DNA of 64,000 nucleotides, taken from assembly GCA_035221665.1 (NCBI GenBank), contig CM069134.1, positions 80,600,001 through 80,664,000 on the forward strand, in the 5' to 3' direction. Positions 52,304-64,000 of the stretch are shown in pieces. Position numbers and translations under genes: made by a program. Numbering within the stretch: position 1 is the first letter of the stretch; every line of letters begins with the position of its first letter. The notes beneath the pieces were generated by a model, which was given only the letters and a program-made list of their open reading frames with translations, ran no database searches and was not told where the DNA came from. This DNA is from Okamejei kenojei (lineage: Eukaryota).

Positions 52304-53745
52304 GATGAGAAACGTTTTAAGCTCAATCTTAAAGGTGGCTAAGGAGGTGTGAGACTTTAATGACAGAGGCAGGTTATTCCAAAATTTAGGACCTTTAAAA
52401 GTAATGCAATGTTGGTGTTTGGATGTTCGACAAAACGGAAGATGAAGATGATTTCTTCTTCTGGTTGGGTAATGGTGACTATTAGAAGAAAGGGTGAAAA
52501 GATCTTGAAGAGAAACATGCAAATCATGTTTACATTTAAGATATTTGAAAATAAAAATACATATTTGGAATGCATTCAGTTTATCTACAGACAAAATTGA
52601 GTACTTCTTGAAGAGAGGGGCAGAAGGTTCTTGTGAATGTGAATGATAAATTAATCTGATAAATTTCTTCTGTATGATGAGTAGCTTAGAAAGATAGGAA
52701 GGATAGGTAGAACCCCAAACAATATTACAATAATTGAAAGAAGGAAAGATCAAACTGTAATATATTGTTAGATGGGAAGACGGGTGAATAAATGCACAAA
52801 CCTTTCTCAGAATACCAAGCATTTTCATTGATCTTCTACAGACAATATCGATATGTTCTTTCAAGTTAGAATTTTGATCGATGGTTACTCCTGAAAATTT
52901 TGTATATGTTACTTCAGGAATTTCATGTCCATTGAAAAAAATTTTAGATTTGTCTTTGGGAAAAAAATTGTTTTTATTGCAGAAGATCATGTAATTGCAT
53001 TTTTTGATATTGAGAGAGAGCCTGTTCACTTCAAACCACTTAGAGACATGAGACATTTCTTCATTAATTAATTCAATGATTTTAGATTACTATTGGTGTC
53101 ATCGGCAAACAGGATCGGAAGAAGTACTCTACATGTATAGGATAAGTCATTTATATAGATCAAGACTAGTAAAGGACCAAGGATGGAGCCTTGGGGTACC
53201 CCACAGTGAATTATCAATTTTTTGGATGAGCTTCCATTTAGATAGACAAATTGCACTCTATTTGCTTAATAGTTGGTTAACCATAGAAGCGCTACATCCT
53301 TTACCCCATATCTATTGAGTTTAGAGATTAAGATTGAATGGTTGACTGTATCAAATGCCTTGGATAGATCTAGAAAGACACCAAGAGCAAATTTATTTTC
53401 ATCTAGAGCAGTAGAGATATTATTAATAAGTTGTAATAATGCATGCTCGTGGAGTACCTCTTCCTAAAGCCATATTGATGGTTATACAAAATATTATTCA
53501 CAGTTAGATGGTTTAGGATTCTTATGTACACTAGTCTTTCTATGATTTTTGAGAGACAGGGAAGAATAGATATTGGGCGGTAATTACCAAATTCTTTAGG
53601 GTCACCTGATTTATAGATAAGTATGACTTTGGCAATCTTTAAATCTTGAGGAATGACACCAGATTGGAGAGATAAAGAAAATATGTGCTAGTGGCTCTGT
53701 AATATGATCAATAATTTTTTTTAAGAGAGTGGTTCTAACTCCATC
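52304..53745 (-). mobile_element. AT-rich CR1-group LINE (Crack/L2-like) RT fragment
   Basis: GVPQGSILGPLL..YINDL, LFADDTN, WFEVNRLSLNIKK, YCNIVWG. Confidence 0.8.
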
Positions 53746-55570
53746 ATGACCTTCTGCAGAGTTCTTTAGACTCACAATTATGCTGAGTAAATGCTGTCTG
53801 ACCCGCTGAGTTTCTCCAGCATTTTTGCCTACCTTCGATTTTCCAGCATCTGCAATTCCTTCTTAAACATAAATCCTGTGGTGCATTTGGAGCTACAGGA
53901 AACGGTGGCGCCGGTGTGACCTCTGACAAGATATCCTCATCATATGGCAACCCTTACCTCGTGTGACCAGAGACATTCCCTTTACCCTGTACACTTTGCT
54001 GCCGATGTTTATTTCAACATCTTTGCCCTCCTTACCCTCGGAACTTATAACGGACTTGCTTTTTTTCTAATTTCCAGTTAGGCCTTAGACCTACATATGT
54101 TACTGGTTCTTGTACCACAGCCTGGTCACTGCCTGGCCAGCTGATTGTTTCCAGCATTATCTGTTTGGGATCTTGAACATCTCCACCAAACCTTACACCA
54201 GGGTGTCACAGTGGCGTGGCGATGCAGTCACCGCATTACAGTGTCAGAGACCGGGGTTTGATCCCAACTACGGGTAATGTCTGCATGGAGTTTGCACATT
54301 CTCCCTGTGGTCGCATAGGTTTTCTCCAGGTGCTCTTTCTTCCACTCATATTCCAAAGGCGTGCAGATTTATAGGTTAATTGGCTTCTATAGGGGGGGTG
54401 CACGCAAGGTCATCGAGTCAAAGGGCGTGACGCACGGAGCAGCTCAATTCATGTGGAAGACATGGCGGCCTCGGTATACATTGTTAACACAGGAAACGCG
54501 GACTTTCTTTCCTGTTAAAAACCGCCAAAATGATCCTTTTTTGCGCTGTAAATAATTGTGGGTGCTGTCATTGAAAGCGGGAAGTTATAAGGTTTAAACT
54601 GCTGTTATCTCATGGTGTAGCGTCTTTTACAATCCGCGACTAATAGCCTCAATCATTGTCGTGTCCAGAGAGCACCATCTCGATAAGCCTTCGCTAAATA
54701 AAGCGAACTCAAAGTCAGAGCAATTTGATTGCAATATTGTGGGTTATTTTTTTGGGCGAAGAACCAAAATGCTCTAGTATCTTTGCTCTGAACCCGAGCA
54801 CCAAGGTGTAAGCGGCCGAAGGAGCGCATCCCTCGGGACAGCCCCCACTCTCCCCCCCGGGGTCAGTGCTGTCCGGCCACGGCCACCCTCCGCCCCATCT
54901 TCCCCTGTGTGGCCACACTGTCAGGGGCTGTGGGTCGGCAGCGCCCACACATGGGGCCGGGTGGAACGGGGCCGGGTGAGGTGGGACCGCGGCTCTGGGC
55001 AACGTCAGCTGGGGACGGTCTGCTCCCTCCGCCCACCCAGCGTCATTGACCGCGCTGCACCGACACCCCGACCTCTTCCTCCCCACCCCCCCCCCCAGCC
55101 CCAGCTGCGGGGGCCCGGGGTCCGCGAGTGTGCAACCAGTCCGGATGCTGGGCCAGAAGAAGGGCCCGCTGTGCAGGCAGCCATAGTTTACATGCAGTTC
55201 ATCGCGTGTACCCCAGTTGGCGTTGTGTGGCAACAGTACGGGTCACAGGGTCGTGGCCTCGACTGCGTGCAACCTCCCTATAAAATTGTCCCTCCCGAGT
55301 TGCCTCGGACGCGACGCGTGCCTGAGGCTCGTCGGCCGGAGACCAGGAAGCTGCCCCAAGCCTTGTCGCAACTCCACCCAAGGCTCGCGTCAGGAGGAAC
55401 TCGCGGTCGACGGGAACTCGTCTGAACGCTCATCGGTCGGAGGAATTGGGACCTCGTCCAAAAGCTTGTCAGTCGGCGGGACGGTAACCCGCTCGAAGGC
55501 TCGGCAGACAATGCTAGCGAGAGGGAGCAGGAGTAGTCGGACGCAAGGCGCCAAGATCGATGGGGGGTGA

Positions 55571-57290
55571 TTCCGTGGATTCCAGCTCCAATTCCCTGCC
55601 TCCCAGTTCGGACCCCAGCCGGACTATCGGTACCGACTGGCTATCTGCCGCCACACTGTACAATTCTCCAACCGGGCACTAAGATCCACCCTGGTTGCAA
55701 TGCGCCGACACCAGCAGGACCTCGCATTGACTCTCCCGAAACTTCGGGCCACACTCACCCAGACCTGCAACGGACCCCAACTACACTACATCCTCCGGAA
55801 GATCCACCGCTTCAATCAACAATTCCTGTCCCAAGGACCTGAAATTAGCCCGCCTCCAGGCCGTTCCAGCCACCGACAATCCCCGACTCGGACCGCCCGC
55901 AGGCCCCGGGCCTCCAACTCTGGCCCGAGCCGCCGGCTGAGTCCCCCGACGCCATCTTGTCCACGAGGAGCGGCCTCCAGGGACTCACCAGGACGCCGCC
56001 TTCACCGACCTCCACGCCGATGCTGCCGCCGACCTCCACCCGCCTACCGATGATGCCCAGCCTCACTGCCTGCCCGGTAACTCTGTTTATCTCCCCCTCC
56101 CTGATTCCACCGCCCATCACCAGCGCAAAGCGACTGCCGAACCTCGCCGTCCCCCGAGACCACCTAACCCATCGCTGCACCGGGCCCATCCAGCATCGCC
56201 GGTGTACTGGGCCCGCCGAAGACCACAACCGCACCCGCCTCACCTTGCATCGCCGCCGGACCGGGGCCACCCGAACACGGCCGCCGCACCGCACCCCACT
56301 CATCTCGCCGCCTCACCGGTCGGGATCCGACCACCCGCCACCGGGACCTCCAACACATCGCCCGCCGACCCCACTGCCCGCAGGACTCCTACCTCCGGGT
56401 CCGCCGACCCACGACACTCTACCGCCCTCCAGCAGCCCGCAGCAGTCGCCTCGCCTGCAGACTGGGACTCTGCAGTGGGCCTGAAGCTCCACCACCACTC
56501 TGTCTTTAACGGCACTGGGTCCTAGTGCCCATCTCCCCAGCCCCAGTAACCTTAGTGGCTATTCCACTGGGTCTTCCCCATCCCCCCCTACCATGTAACC
56601 CCTGCTCTTCCCCACCCACACCACAGCCCCATACCCCCCACCCCCTGACCACCCTGCACCCCCCCAGCACACAACGCTCCGTCCTCAGTTCACTCACCTG
56701 CCTTCCTCCGGCCACAACCCCCATCCTTGCCGCGTCTTCACCATCCCCCGGACCTCCCCCTCTCCGACACCGAACGGTCTGTCCTCAGCAGAGGTCTTAC
56801 CTTTGTCCCCCTCCGTCCCCACCTCAATGAGTTCCGCGCCCACCACGACTTGGAGCTCTTCTACCGTCGCCTCCGCCTCACAGCGTTCTTCCACGGGAAG
56901 AAGTCCTCGCCCCCCACTGATGATCCCTTTTCCTGTCTCAACGTACCGCCTCCACTTGGACCCCCCTCGTAGCCTTCCGGCTCTAGAACTATTTATCCAG
57001 AACTGCGTCGGGACACCAATTGCCGCCTCGACTTCTCCACTCCCCTTTCTCACTCCAATCTCTCCAGCCCCGAATGTACTGCCATCGACTCACTCCGTAA
57101 CAACCCAGACTGGGGTTATCAAACCCGCCGACAAGGGAGGTGCCGTGGTAGTCTGGCGCGTCGATCTCTACAAAGCGGAGGCCGCGCGCCAACTCTCGGA
57201 CACCTCCTCCTACTTACCCTGGACCATGACCCCACTGACGAACACCAGGCCACCATCTCGAGCACCATAACCGACTTCATCAGCTCTGGC

Positions 57291-57330
<40 letters not shown>

Positions 57331-59266
57331 AGCCTCCAACCTCATCGTTTCCCAGCCCGCACGGCCCGATTTTACCTTCTCCCCAAAATCCACAAAACCC
57401 GACTGCCCTGGCAGACCCATTGTCTCTGCCTGCTCGTGCCCCACCGAACACATTTCCACATACCTTGACGCCATCCTATCCCCTTTGTTAAATCCCTCCC
57501 CACCTATGTTCAAGACACCTCAGACACTCTCGTCGGCTCCGTGCATTCCATTCTTCAGGCCCCCATCCTCTCATCTTTACCATGGACGTCCAGTCACTCT
57601 ACACCTCCATCCCCCACCAGGACGGACTCAAAGCCCTCCGGTTCTTCCTCGACCAGAGGAGCAACCCATACCCGTTCCACTGACACCCTCCTCCGCCCTA
57701 GCAGAGTTGGTCCTCACCCTCAATAACTTCTCTTTTGATTCCTCCCATTTCTTCCAAACACAAGGCGTAGCTATGGGCACACGCATGGGCCCACAGCTAC
57801 GCTTGCCTCTTTGTTGGGTACGTCGAACAATCCTTGTTCTCAGCGTACCAGGGCCCCATCCCCGACCTCTTACCTCCGTTACATCGACGACTGCTTTGGT
57901 GTCACCTCCTGCACCCACACACAAACTGCCTGACTTCATTCACCACCAACTTCCATCCGGCACTCAAATACACTTGGACCATTTCCGACATTTCCCTACC
58001 ATTCCTTGACCTCACCATCTCTATTGCAGGTGATACGCTCCTGACCGACATCCACTACAAACCAACTGACTCCCACAGCTACTGGACTACTCTTCCTCCC
58101 ACCCTGCTTCCTGTAAGGACTCCAACCCTATTCACAATTCCTCCGTCTACGCCGCATCTGCTCCCAGGATGAGGTGTTCCACACCAGGTGATCACAAATG
58201 GCCTCATTCTTCAGAGAACGGGGATTCCCCTCCCCACTATTGATGAGGCTCGCACCAGGGTCTTCTCCATACCCCGCAACACTGCCCTCTCTCCCCGTTC
58301 CCCCACTCGCAAACAGGGCAGAGTCCCCCTGGTCCTCACCTTTCACCTCACCAGCCGGCAAATACAACACATAGTCCTCCGCCAGTTTCGCCACCTCCAA
58401 CGTGACCCCTCCACCCGCCACATCTTCCCATCTCCCCCCTGTCTGCCTTCCGCAAAGACCGCTCCCTTCGCAACTCCCTTGTCAATTCTTCCCTCCCCTC
58501 CCGCTCTACCCCTTCCCCGGGCACTTTCCCTTGCAACCGCAAGAAATGCAACACTTGTCCCTTCACCTCCCCCCTCCAATCCTTTCAGGGACCCAAGCAG
58601 TCCTTCCAGGTCCGACAGAGGTTCACCTGCACCTCCTCCAACCTCATCTACTGCATCCGCTGCTCCAGATGCCAGATGATCTATATCGGTGAGACCAAGC
58701 GGAGGCTTGGCAATCGTTTCGCCCAACACCTCCGCTCGGTCCGCAAAAACCAACCCGACCTCCCGGTGGCTCAGCACTTCAACTCCCCCTCCCATTCCGC
58801 ATCCGACCTCTCGGTCCTGGGCCTCCTCCACGGCCAGAGTGAGCAACACCGCAAGTTGGAGGAACAGCACCTCATATTCCGCTTGGGGAGTCTGCATCCT
58901 TTGGGCTTGAACATTGAATTTTCTTAATTCTGTTAACCCTTGCTGTCTCCTTCCCTTCCCACCTCTCCCTCAGCCCTCGGGCCCTGGCATTCCCTCTATC
59001 TCTATCTCCCTCCCCCACCCTAGTCGCACTAGCTCCTCATTTTCACACCACAAACAGCTTACAATGGCTTGTTCCCTTTATCATCGATACTTTTTTGCAT
59101 ATCTTTCATTAATTGTTCTTTATCTCTCCACATCACCGTCTATATCCCTCGTTTCCCTGATCCCTGACCAGTCTGAAGAAGGGTCTCGACCCGAAACGTC
59201 GCCCATCTCCTTCGCTCCTTAGATACTGCTGCACCCGCTGAGGTTCTCCAGCTTTTTGTGTAACAC
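55571..59266 (+). mobile_element. Penelope-like retroelement (RT + GIY-YIG endonuclease), near full length, frameshifted
   Basis: VIKPADKGGAVVVW, QTQGVAMGTRMGP, RYIDD-like motif, NLIYCIRC..IYIGETKRRL. 14-bp direct repeat TCGATGGGGGGTGA at 55557-55570 and 59267-59280. Confidence 0.92.
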
Positions 59267-59610
59267 TCGATGGGGGGTGAACCGGGGTAATGCCTCCAGC
59301 GCCTACGGAGTACAGATAGGCTGTAGTACCCCACGACACAAAGGTGACTTGGCATGAAAAGGGACGTCCATTTGCGGGATCTTCAGTTTATCCAGCGAGT
59401 TCATGTGTTATTAGGCCTCTGCCCAGTTTCCAGGGTTAATATGCGACAGCCTCTCGGCGGCATGCGTTTCCCCCTCTCAACTCTCTGGAACCTGAATTGG
59501 TAATTGGATTGAACCATTTAGACGGGAATAATGGACAGTCGGTTTAACCCGACTCGAGCGACAGTAACAACATAGCAAAGGTGGCAAGCTGCAGCCCTGG
59601 CTAGGCGCTG

Positions 59611-59649
59611 AGTATTTGATCTGGGTTCCCGCGGCGTTGTGTCACTGTG
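59611..59649 (-). promoter_or_regulatory. 23-RSS with degenerate nonamer (CACAGTG-23-TCAAATACT)
   Basis: Consensus heptamer 59643-59649; nonamer at 59611-59619 matches 6/9 positions at exactly 23-bp spacing. Confidence 0.8.
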
Positions 59650-60089
59650 CTCTTCCAATAAGCACAGTAGTAGACCCCCACGTCGCTCTCGGCGATGTCT
59701 CTGATATCCAACAGGCTCGCCTTTTCCTTCAACAAGTTCTCAGCGAAGAATTTGCCGTCGAAGCCCGGGTCCCTGACTGGTTCGGATTTCACGCTGATGT
59801 AAAGGATGCGCTGAATGCCTCCGCTCACGGCGTTTCGGTACCAATGCACCTCGAGTTTCTCGAAATCATCCGTGTCAATGACGCAGCGAAAGCGTGCCGT
59901 CTTCCCTTTGGCTCTGGTGATGGATGCTTTTGGCTGGAGTAGAGACTGGGAATGGCAGCAACCTGTTGAATGAATACCGCAGTTACTACCGACCTTTGGA
60001 TAACATGAACCTTAAAATGAGCCAAACCTGAACTACCTACAGAAGGAGGCGGCCAGGAGCAGCAACGGCGCTGCGATCCCCGCACGCAT
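59650..60089 (-). CDS. TRGV: T-cell receptor gamma-type V gene segment (leader 60041-60089, intron 59963-60040, V exon 59650-59962)
   Basis: Leader MRAGIAAPLLLLAASF with GTAGGT donor and CAACAG acceptor. Manual translation of the full exon is open: QSLLQPKASITRAKGKTARFRC...EVHWYRNAVSGGIQRILY...DVGVYYCAYW. The ORF track shows only its 3' part. Confidence 0.9.
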
Positions 60090-62735
60090 GGCTCCGCTTT
60101 TACCGCTCAGCTGACTGGTTCGTGGAAATTAAGCGGATAACGTCTGCGCACTCCTGCTGTCGCCAGATGTGTCGGCTTTAAACCGACTGCGAGAGACGTT
60201 GAAATATTTCCGCCCTGACGTGGTTAACACAGTTGACTAACAACGAACAGCTCTCAACGCTGCTGAAATGCAGGTGAACCGTTTCCAATTGGCGCGCATG
60301 ATCCCGGAAGCAGTGGTGCGTCAAACGCTTGGTTAGCGATTCATTTGTGCAATAACTTCATTGGTTCTTCCAGTAAAGCCATGGGCTCCTAATCCACCTA
60401 CTTGCGAATTACTCAACGCCAAAGATTCATGCAAACAATGACCATGGGCGATTGAAATAATTTCACAACAGAGATATTAGCTTTCTCACCGATGGTGGAT
60501 GAGCCTCAGCCGTGTGTATCGTGGCACGGGAACTCCATTCCCATCACCTGCCCTCTTAAATCTCCCCACCACCAGAGCCACTCCCGCCTTTAAAACCACG
60601 ACTTTGGTCAGCTGATTTACTGTACATTTAGATCAACGGTGAGCTGCCTGGGGCGTTTCGCCTTGCTAACATGGGCATTTATTTTTCAGCATATGAGTTT
60701 GCATTGAGAGCACAGTTGTCAGCATTTAAAAAAAAAAAGTGAATTCTCGTATTTTGGTTTTGGCTAAATACCCCTAGGTTATAACTAGCAGCACCAGTCC
60801 TGTATCATTGCAGAGAGGGTCATACCTTTGGGGCTGCCGTTCTTTGCTATGATCTTCTTTAGGTCCTCACAACACAAAGTGTCGAAAACCATTCAAAAAG
60901 GTAGTGAGCAAACTTGGAATTCTCTTGCTCTGAAGATCGTGTATATTGTTTCACACCATTTACATAAACCACACTGATTATCTGGAATAGGCTTCCCTCA
61001 AGGAGAGTGTTCAGTTTAGCAGGACTCTTGCAAGAATTTTACCAGCTGCCAAGAGTAAAGAAATCTAACCCATTAATCAAGACTAATCCATTGACATAAA
61101 TTGACACCATTAACCAGCTCATATTTGCGTTAATCTTATTTTCCACGGTATCTCCTGGATGTTAAAAAAAAAAAGCCTGAAATAGGGTATTCTGCAAAAC
61201 CTAATTGCCATTTTCCTTGGTGAAATTCATGAAAACCTCACTGCAGCTTAATTCACAATTCATGGGGTTAAGTGTGCCTAAGAAAAGGTCTGAAGCATTA
61301 ATTCCATTTATCTCCATAGATGCTGCCTAGCCTATTGCATTCCAAACAGAGTCTGTGTTTTTTGTGGGATCACCAGAAATATTTTTGCATCAGTGCACTC
61401 CGAAACTTTAGGGGAAGAACTGGAAACGGACGGGAATGACTGCCCTGTAATTAAAACACATTTCCTTCATTGACACAAAAGGCTGGAGTAACTCAGCGGG
61501 TCAGACAGCAACTCAGGAGAAAAAGGAATAGGCGACGTTTCGGGTCGAGACCCTCCATTGTCACAGGTTCACAATCCTGGAGCTATATCCCTGGCAACAT
61601 TTCGCAAAGAGACACAAACGATTACACATGCCGTCAGCGGGTCAGGCAAATCTGTGGAGAGAAATGGAGAGCCAACATTTCAGGTCGAACCCCTTTCCAT
61701 AGACTGTGAAAGGGTCTCGTCGAGTGTCCATCTGCCTCCACCTAACCGCCAGGTTCCTCCAGCAGTCAGTATTTGGGCTGATGGAGGCATCAAGGAAAAC
61801 TGGTCATCAAAGGGACAAGTGGTCACAGTCATATCTTGCACAACGTAAAATGGTTGAGGTTGTCAGAAATCACTGATTGTACCCTGTGCGTGCGATTTCT
61901 CCGGATTTACTCCCACATTTCAAAGACGTACAGTTTGTAGGTTAATTGGCTGCTCTAAAAAGTGTTCCTAGTGTGTAAGATAGAAATAGTATACGGGTCA
62001 GCGCGGACTCGTTGGGCCATAGGGTCTGTTTCCACGATGTATGTCTAAAAACTATTGATAAAAATGCAAATTTGAGTAACAAATGCTTCAACAAATAAAG
62101 CAGCTCACGTCTGCATGCAATGAGCGTTAGACAACATTCATCATGGGCTGGTAAGTGCCAGGTAAGCGTTGGCCATAAAAGAGCCAGGCAATGACCATCA
62201 GAGAATGGAGAAAATCCAACACCCTATGCTTCATATTCGATTTCCTAACCTCTGCTAAGTCCGACTGTATCCATATAGTGGCCAGACACTTACGTGGCCA
62301 ACCCAAATATGGCCAGTGAGAAGCTTGGTATCCTACTAATCTCCTGATACCCCAAATATTTCCACCATAGACAAGCCACATGTATATCATGGAACCATAT
62401 GCTTCACCCTGTATCTTCTACTGTGCTCTACCTATTGTATTCGAGTTTGGCTTAACTGTATTTATATATAGTACTAGACTAAGTGGGTCAGCATCACATG
62501 GGAGGGCTGGTCCCCCATTTCAATATTGCTGGCCAGTGGGGGGGCGGGGCGCTTTCTGGAGCGCTAGTATGGGTGTTGTGGGCTGAAGGGAGTGGTTTAC
62601 AGAGGGCTAGTATGGACATGGTGGGCCGCATGGAATCTTGGGCTGGTGGCTCAACCACTCAAGCCTGTTATGCTGGCAGCTCACTCACTCATGGCTGGTG
62701 GGCTGGCAGTTGGCTCATGGCTGTTCCTTGAAATT

Positions 62736-62852
62736 CCATTTCAAGCAGGGTGCAAGGCCACCAAATTCAAGTGCAGATTCTTACCATTGTAAGCAGGGTG
62801 CAAGGCCACCAAATTCAAGTGCAGTTTCATACCATTTCAAGCAGGGTACAAG
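62736..62852. repeat. 48-bp tandem repeat, ~2.5 copies
   Basis: CCATT(TC/GT)AAGCAGGGTGCAAGGCCACCAAATTCAAGTGCAG units start at 62736, 62784 and 62832. Confidence 0.85.
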
Positions 62853-63219
62853 GGCACTAAAGACAGCAAGTCATGACCTCTCCCTCCTCCATCTTGCAGA
62901 GACTGAGCCACGCCCACACTTCTGGGTTTTATATTCCCTCCCCCTCCTACCAGAAGGGGTGTGGCCTTCACAGCTGATTGACAGGAGAGAGAACCTCAAC
63001 ATTTTAAAAACACTAATAACTTTTATTTTTCATCAATGAGAAAAATCCTCATCACCTGATGATCGGAGTGGGACTCTGAGTAAGATGGCCAAAAATCAGA
63101 GATGTACGTGGTAGCGTTTTATCTAAAATCAATGCAAAGTGCAAACAGGAAGTGGTCAAGATTAGACTTTTAATTATATAGAACGCAAGGCAACTTTAAT
63201 TAGGCAAGGCAACTTTAAT

Positions 63220-63342
63220 AAGGCAACACAGCTTTAGCATTTCCAAGCCAAAGGCAACGCAGCTTTAGCATTTCCAAAACCAAGGGCAACACAGCTTTAG
63301 CATTTCCAAACCAAAGGCAACACAGCTTTAGCATTTCCAAAC
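63220..63342. repeat. ~31-bp tandem repeat, ~4 copies
   Basis: GGCAACACAGCTTTAGCATTTCCAAACCAAA units. Confidence 0.85.
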
Positions 63343-64000
63343 TATATTTAGGACACTGACAGGTCAGTAAAACCACTCACAGTTTAGTAGACGTATGTTC
63401 AGTGTTATTCACAGCTCAGACTGAGAGATGTGACCCTCTCGCTCCCCCATCTTGCAGAGACTGACTGAGGCACTCAACACTTCCGGGTTTTATGGTTCCT
63501 CCGGAAGGGGCGTGGCCATCTGGAGAGAGAATCTCAACCTTTTTTAAACACTAATATCTCTTTTATTTTTCATAAATGGGAAAAATCGTCTTGTCCTGCG
63601 GAGGGGGACTCTGAGTAAGATGGCCAAAAATGTCAGCCGTAAATGACAGCACTTTTTCTAAAATCAATATACAGAACAACAGGAAGTGGTCAAGATCAGA
63701 CTTTTAGTAATACAGATATATCTGAATATAGACACAAAATGCTGGAGCAACTCAGCGGGACAGGCAGCATCTCTGGATAAAAGGAGTGGGTCAGGACTGA
63801 GAGTCAGGAGAGAGGAGACAGAGATGTGGAAGGGTAAGGTGTGAAAACGATATTTGTAAACTCTTTGGGTAGCCTGCAGAACAAAGCTTATCACTGTACT
63901 TAGGTGACTGAGGACTAGAGGGAATACACCTCGCCTAGGTTTAAGGTGAAGGTGAAGATTTAATAGGAATCTGATGGGTAACTTTTTCCACACAATGGGT

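Noticed and set aside
55567-57513. Many Pro/Arg-rich ORFs on both strands
   Set aside because: Alternative frames and fragments of the Penelope-like element.
62736-63342. Short regularly spaced repeats that could be mistaken for a CRISPR array
   Set aside because: Head-to-tail tandem units without unique spacers, in a vertebrate context with no cas genes.

Overview
Vertebrate genomic DNA, inferred to be from a cartilaginous fish (probably a skate or ray) from its repeat content and V-gene sequences. It covers the variable-segment part of a T-cell receptor gamma-type (TRG) locus. Four apparently intact, mutually divergent leader+V genes lie on the minus strand (35361-35805, 36169-36578, 45622-46052, 59650-60089). 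Each has GT-AG splice sites, IHWY/VHWY and YYCAxW motifs and a 23-bp-spacer RSS. A fifth, garbled V paralog is hidden at ~29499-29973. On the presumed J/C-facing side is an ~8.5-kb class I (gamma-like, ERV3/HERV-I-type env) endogenous retrovirus (7885-~16375). It has near-identical LTRs, a tRNA-Pro PBS, a gag-pol amber readthrough codon and a 4-bp TSD, and it sits inside the integrase of an older Gypsy LTR retrotransposon. The rest is repeats: CR1, Rex1/Babar and Crack-like LINEs, Penelope-like elements with hammerhead-like terminal motifs, a hAT transposon with an 8-bp TSD, SINEs and tandem repeats. About 1-5 kb, 9-9.7 kb and 19-30.5 kb look like error-rich, unpolished consensus, and there is an N gap at 34244-34419. 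No J or C segment could be identified.
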